64,000 nucleotides of DNA from Blastocladiella emersonii ATCC 22665. Taxonomy: Eukaryota; Fungi; Blastocladiomycota. Positions 58,294-64,000 of this stretch are shown one piece after another. The stretch spans positions 1,116,001 through 1,180,000 of the forward strand of contig JANHCV010000003.1 in assembly GCA_025594325.1 (NCBI GenBank), read 5' to 3'. Below the pieces are notes generated by a model. It did not search any database. It saw only the letters and a list, made by a program, of their open reading frames with translations, and was not told where the DNA came from. How positions within the stretch are numbered: the stretch's first letter is position 1; the number at the start of each line of letters is the position of its first letter. The position numbers were made by a program, and so were the translations under genes.

Positions 58294-58796
58294 GTCTTTC
58301 CTTTCTTTCTGTTTTCAGTTCGTGATACCTACCATTGTAACCAAACTCTCAACCATGCGTGTAATTTGATCTATTTTTGTGTTCATTCCTTGTTTCGCGA
58401 CGCGATGGCGAATGGAAAGGTGCCGCGTCCTTCACGCGCCGCGCCGTTCAGTCAGTTCACGGCTGCCACGTCCGCGCCCACCGTGCAGTGGTGGGTCGCG
58501 GTCGCCGCGCACAACTCGTGCGGCGCGCGAGCGAGCCTTTCGGTCCGGCCCGCGCACGTCGAGCGCGTCTCGCACGGCCACAGCACCTTGAGATTGAGTA
58601 GAGACGGGCGAGCAGAACAAACACGTTTTCCGATTCTCACATGACGACGACGACGACGAAACAAACTCCCCGCCCTCGACTCTGGGTGCGCGCGTACGGG
58701 ATGGTGGATGATATGGTACAAGATGATGGTGAGGAACCGAGCAGCCCCGCGACACGGCACGACAACCAACGCGACGACCGACGACCAACGACGCGC

Positions 58797-59543
58797 TTAG
58801 ACGCGGCCGGCGATGGGCACGGGCAGGCCCTCGTGGCCAACGACCACAGCCTCGGCCTTCTCCATGAGGGTGGCCGTGGTGGCGAGCGCGTTCTTGGCGA
58901 GCCCGACGCTGCCGCCGACAATGCCCGAGTCGCCCATGACCGACTGCGCCGTGCTGAGCGTGATGGACGAGGCGCGCAGGCCGTAGAAGGCGGCCGTGGA
59001 CAGGCCGACGGCGATCAGGGCGCCCCAAAACGAGAAAAACAGGATCGGCCCGAGGAACAGCATGCCAAACCCGAGGATCCCGCCCTCGACCACGAGCGTG
59101 CCAACCGTCGCGATCGTTGCCACGATCCAGAACGAGATGGCCGCGTACGTGAGGAAGATGAGGTTCGGGATCGCCGTCAGCGCACCGAACGCGTACGTGA
59201 ACGCGCGCAGCGGCGGGTACCTACGCGTTCGGTAGGAGAGCGGGGGGAGTGTGCGGTGAGTGTGCTGCTTGGGGGGAATGCGAGTGCGACACGCTCGAAA
59301 AAGAACACGTGCGCGTCCCAGTACACGCGTAAACGTGTCGTAGCCGAGCCGGCCCCAGTACGCCGCCGTGTCCGTCAGCGGCGCCGCGAGACTCGCCAGG
59401 CCCGACGTGGCGCGCGAGATGGGCGCCGTGATTGACGACAACCCGCCCGCGCCCGCGCCCGCGCCCGCCGCCGTCGCTGGCGTGATGCTTGGGTACTCCT
59501 TGGCCGGGTAGCCGTACGTGGGCTGCGCGGACTGCATCGACAC
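58797..59543 (-). CDS. Promethin/LDAF1-like protein (copy 2)
   Basis: Exact mirror of 39304-40050. Confidence 0.6.
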   Translation of the reverse strand: MSMQSAQPTYGYPAKEYPSITPATAAGAGAGAGGLSSITAPISRATSGLASLAAPLTDTAAYWGRLGYDTFTRVLGRARVLFRACRTRIPPKQHTHRTLPPLSYRTRRYPPLRAFTYAFGALTAIPNLIFLTYAAISFWIVATIATVGTLVVEGGILGFGMLFLGPILFFSFWGALIAVGLSTAAFYGLRASSITLSTAQSVMGDSGIVGGSVGLAKNALATTATLMEKAEAVVVGHEGLPVPIAGRV

Positions 59544-59606
59544 ATTCAGGACGATGACAATAAAATTTCCAGTTTAGCCGAAGCGCCAGGGAGCGAAGGT
59601 TCACAA

Positions 59607-60943
59607 TCATCCCGCAGTGTCATTCCTCATCCCAGTAAGCCTCAGATCGGCTGTGCCTCCGCCCCTCGCCGTGACCAAGTGCTTCTGGAGCTCAGACAAG
59701 TTGTGATTGGTGTCTTTCTTCAGTGCGTACATCAGGAGACAGTTGACGGTGTCGGCGTCAAGCAGCGCGTTGTCCGCGAGATCCCTGACGAGGTTACCGG
59801 CGCAACCGTTTTGGTAGGCCATCGCGACGAGCTCCGCGCGAACGGCAGGCGGCTTGTGTTCAATCAACTTGATCGGATAGCAAGCGAGAGCGTGCAGGAG
59901 AGCCTCTTTCATGTGCGGCAACCGAAGCGAGTCGAGCAGCCCTGACTCAAGGAGCTGGTCGCCAAGTATCGGTGCGAACGCGAACATCCAATCGAGCATG
60001 CGCGAGACGCTGGTAGCCGCCATGATCCCCTTTGGAAAATGTTCGCCGAGGCAGCGAGGGAGATCGATTTGCTCCGAAAGCACGTGGAACAACAGCTGCA
60101 CGTCGATCGCCAGTTCGAGGTCGCTGATCGCCTCTAGGACGCCAGGGTTCCAAGCGAGGATTGAGAGAACCGCGAGATAGTCAAGCAAGGTCATCGGCCG
60201 GGACAGCTTGACAAGCGGCTCGCCCAGTACCATGAATGAGCGCCGCCAGAAAACCGGGACAGCTACAGCGCGTGGGAGACCGAGTGCCAGCATGCGCGCT
60301 TCACGTCAAGCAACTCGGGCGCTCGCTCGAACGTGTCCTCGAGCAGCTTGCGGGCCGCTGTCGCGTCTCCGCTCGCGACGACGGCAAGGAGCAGCTGGAG
60401 CAGCGAGAAGCCAGGCGATTCGAAACACGGCGTAAGCTTCGTGTGGCGGCCCACCGGCTTGTTCATGCGCTCAGGAGGATTGATGAGCGTAGTGCAGCGC
60501 TTCGGATCCGATTTGGCGGCCCCCCGGGTGGGCTGTAAGAGCTGAAGAAAGGTGTCCGACGCTACATAGAAGAAGTCGCGGCTGGAATAGCCCGGTTTGC
60601 CTGGTGCGACGCACTGCAAGTAGCCGACGAGGTCGGTCAGTGGAAGCTTACCCGACGCGATGTCTACTTTATCAAGGACTTGGTGGAACTGCGAGGTCAA
60701 GCGCCTGCGGGTCCAGACGCGCTTGACTTCCGAATCGGAATAGACGAACTGGATCTCGCGAGTGGCGGTGGCAAGGCACTCGCGTGGTCCCGCGAGCTGC
60801 ACCACGGCGGCGAGCAGCTCGAACGGGACGCCCCCCGGTTGAGAAACGTGGTTACCGACTCCGCTGGCGGAAGTCTTGCCCGGATCGGCCGCTGGATCAT
60901 AATGCGCAGAGTCATGTTTCATTGAAGTTGATGTGTGCTCCAT
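59607..60943 (-). CDS. Accessory ORF pair (copy 2)
   Basis: Exact mirror of 37904-39240. Confidence 0.45.
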
Positions 60944-61068
60944 GGCGGCGATGTGGTAGGGAGTGCCACTGCCGACAGCGAGCCCGCGGCAAACGAACCA
61001 CCGCCACCGCGCCGACGCGATGATTTCTTCACGTGTTGACCGTATACATGTATTTCGACCACCCCATC

Positions 61069-63062
61069 TCAAGACTGGCCCGCCTCGGCCAGTATGCCAT
61101 CAAGTATCGCAACCTGGTCCGTGTCGAGCCGGCGAACCCGGCCACGGACCTCGTCAGCGACCGCGTCCGGGATCGCGGCCACGAGCGCCGCGACCACCGC
61201 GTCGGTGGGCGGCGTGACGTGCGCCTCGACTACTAACGCCTTTCGCAGGACAGCAAGCGCCATCCACGCCGCGTTGCACGTGCGCGGTGCCGCGACGAGC
61301 GCCTGGATCGCGTCACGGGCCGCTGGCCGTAGGTCCTCGCCGTCCGCCTGCCACGGCGCAAGGAACACGGGCGCGAGCGCCATGACGGCCTGGTGCGCGA
61401 GCCGCGGCTGGATCGGGGTCCCGGCCGTCGACACGCGGGACTCGTCGGGCCGCGTCGCCGCCGCGATGATAGCACACAGGGCGCGGGCAGCGCGCAGCGA
61501 CGACTTGCCGGTCCCCGCGGCGATGGCGACGACCTCGCCGCCGTGGTGCTGGACCACAGTATCCGCGCCGTAGTCGGGCGACTGGCGCGCGGCGGCCGCG
61601 AGAAAGTCGAGCGTCGCGTCGACGAGGTACGCGTGCGCTGCAGCACCAGCACCAGCACCAGCGCCAGCGGCCGGCGGCGCGAGGGAGACGACCTGCAGGA
61701 TCCGGTAGATCCCGGAGTTGGTGTACCGGTCGTACCCGGACAGCTTGTCGAGCGTCGCCGTGGCGAGGCGGAGGAGCTCGACGCGGACGCGCGGCGGCGC
61801 CGCCGCGATCAGGTTGCGCGCGTGGTGCAGGATGTGCAGCAGGACCTGCGCGGCGTGCGGGAGCGAGGACTTGCCGTCGGCGTCGAGGTCCGCGCCCTCG
61901 TTCGGGTCCGTCTCCATGGCCTGCGCGTCGGTCCCGTCGGGGAACGCGTCCGACGGCGACGCCGCCTTGGCGAGGTTCTCGGCGTCCAGCGCCAAGTTGA
62001 CGAGCACGTCGCCGTTCGTCCGCTTGAGCCACGGCGACACGGCGGCGAACCGCGCGGGGAGCACCGGTTTCGACTCCCCGACCGCTGCCAGTGGCGGCTT
62101 GGCGAGCGAGGGACCGAACGGCACCGTCGCCGTGTGCACGAGCTCGAGGATGACCTCGGTAGACTCCTTCCACAGCTCAGGCTGCGCGAGATGCCGGCTG
62201 AGCGCAGCGAGGACCGCGTCCTCGAACCAGACGGCGGCCGCGGGCCCGGCGCCACGGACGACGGCGCGCATCATGTGCGGGAGCTGCGGTTTGAGTTTGA
62301 TGTACCGGATCTGCGCGTGCAGCGTATTGATGAGGTACTGCGCGGCGCGGTCGAGAAGCGCCTCGGGCGACCTGCAGTTAAGCTGTCACGCAATCGAGTC
62401 AAGGCACGCCGTCGTGCACACGTGGAGCGCGCGGTGCGCCGCGGCAGAGTAGGCGAGGATCGTCGCGAGGTGGTCGCGCAGGAGCGGCGTCAGCTGCGGC
62501 GGCGGGGACGCCACGACGAGCCCGTCGAGGACCCGGACGACGGTCAGCGGGTCGTCCGAGGTCTCGAGCAGCCCGAAATACTCGTCGAACACGGCCGCGT
62601 CGTACGCGACGGCGAGGCACTGGTTGAGGACGAGCAGCAGCGAGTAGTGTCGCTTCCGCGGCGGTGTCGACGCGGCAGGTCCGCTCACGGCCATGTCGTC
62701 GTCAACGACTGGCGTGTCCTGCATCACTGCGACGACAGCCCGCAGCACGGCCTGCTCGACCGCCGATCCACCCGCCGCAGGCCACGGGCGGATCGACTTT
62801 TCGACTGCGTCTGCGACTGCGATCTGGTGGAATGCAAGACAGTTCCACTGGCGCAGCCCCGCCTCGACCTCGGACCACAGCGGCGTCTCGGGGTCGAGCA
62901 GGCGCAGCGTGTGCCACGATTTCAGCGTCTTGTCCGTGGTTGCGGCGAGGAGACTGTGGCGTCGTTGGAAGCAGCAGCAGAGTCGTTGATGGTACTGGAT
63001 ACACTGCCCAGGAAGCTGCTGCTGGTCTGGCCCATGATGGTTGACTACCGGGAGGAAACCAT
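61069..63062 (-). CDS. HEAT/ARM-repeat protein, TTI1-like (copy 2)
   Basis: Exact mirror of 35785-37778. Confidence 0.5.
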
Positions 63063-64000
63063 CGCTGCCTCAAAATGAAGGCTGAGGACTCGCCGTTATC
63101 GGCTAGCGTCTAATCGGAACTCAGCTCGGGCGAAAGAATGGCTCGAATCCGTCGAGGCGCTGAGGCTGTTGGAAGGGAGCAGCAAGTGAGAGAGGTTACA
63201 CGAGTGGTCCTCGCGAAAGCCGACGCGACGCGACACGTCTCGCGCCCGGGCGGAGACAGAAACGTGATTTCGAGACGCGTCCATTCATGACGTCACGGAC
63301 GGCGCGCCTGTCGCTCGTCGCTCGCCGCACGATCGTGTACACCACATGAACGGCCGGTCCCCGGCCCTCGCCCAGATCGATGACGACGCACTCATCAACG
63401 GGTAGACCCAGAGTCTTCCGCACCGTGTTCGCCGTGGGTCGCCTCGTCTGTTGCACGTCTGCGACACCGCGGTTCGCAGCTTCGCTCTTCAGCGAAGCGA
63501 TCGACGTACGACGAGAGAGCCGCTTGTCTGCGAGACATGTCCGTTTTGTACAGCGTGGACTAGATAGGCGGGACGGGACGGGAAAGAGCGATACGTGGGC
63601 TCGCCGAGCTCAGCGGCGGCTGGAGCGCGCGTAACGGAGCTCATGACTACTCCGCTCCACACCTCAGAAAACGAGGCCTGAGTGACGATGGGCAAGTCGT
63701 CCACCAATGTCGCCTCGGTGCGAACCGAACAGGCGCCGGCTTCGTGAGCGCGACGGTCGGTACCACGACGAGGGCACACCGCGCTGTTGCTTGCGATGGA
63801 TGCGGGGGAGAGCACAGTTCCAGGCTCGCACGCACGCACGCACGAGAAGTGGATCGGGCAGGCCAAAGTAGCAAAACAGCTCCGCGAACAGAGTATGCGC
63901 GATGAAAATGTCCCAGCTTTGTCTAATAGTACTCCCAAGACGTGGCTAACAAGCCTTGGAAGCGTGGATGTTAAGGGTTCCTATGATCGTTTCGACCAGC

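Larger units (their letters stand above)
50204..64000. repeat. Right arm of giant inverted repeat (truncated by the window end)
   Basis: The last bases TTTCGACCAGC pair with GCTGGTCGAAA at 34847. Inner boundary at 50204. Confidence 0.98.

Noticed and set aside
34847-64000. Inverted arms as terminal inverted repeats of a giant transposon or virus
   Set aside because: No transposase, integrase, polymerase or capsid is recognisable; the arms hold host-type genes, and the outer ends/TSDs are not visible.
1-64000. tRNA or rRNA genes
   Set aside because: No cloverleaf with A/B boxes and no rRNA-like conserved stretch seen by eye; tRNAscan-SE/Infernal would be needed to exclude them formally.

Overview
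This is GC-rich eukaryotic DNA with short (about 50-95 nt) GT-AG introns, mostly with GTACGY donors. The gene set is fungal-like and includes flagellar genes, so a zoosporic fungus (Blastocladiomycota-like) is inferred, not proven. Bases 1-34.6 kb are a compact block of 17 genes: a membrane protein cut by the window edge, NDUFB9, eIF2B-gamma, a very large PHD/pseudo-SET (Set3/MLL5-like) protein, DUF4604, RNF220-like, SR-beta, NDUFS1, HEN1, an Mss116-like helicase, ADE16/17, an Elongin-B-like UBL, DOA1, a Rib2-type deaminase, an ankyrin-like ORF, an EFCAB9-like gene and WRAP73. The rest of the window is one giant inverted repeat. Position i pairs with 98847-i, giving arms 34847-48643 and 50204-64000 (at least 13,797 bp each, outer limit set by the window edge) around a unique 1,560-bp spacer. 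I found no indel and no amino-acid difference between mirrored ORFs. Each arm carries a TTI1-like gene, an accessory ORF pair, a promethin-like gene, an orphan ORF and an unusual Gln/Ser repeat protein with no Lys or Arg. The central 12.6 kb has no credible intact gene but contains a decayed tandem array of exon-intron cassettes whose splice signals remain intact. The repeat may be real or an assembly fold-back; sequence alone cannot decide. Protein family calls rest on motifs I recognise from memory, not on database searches.
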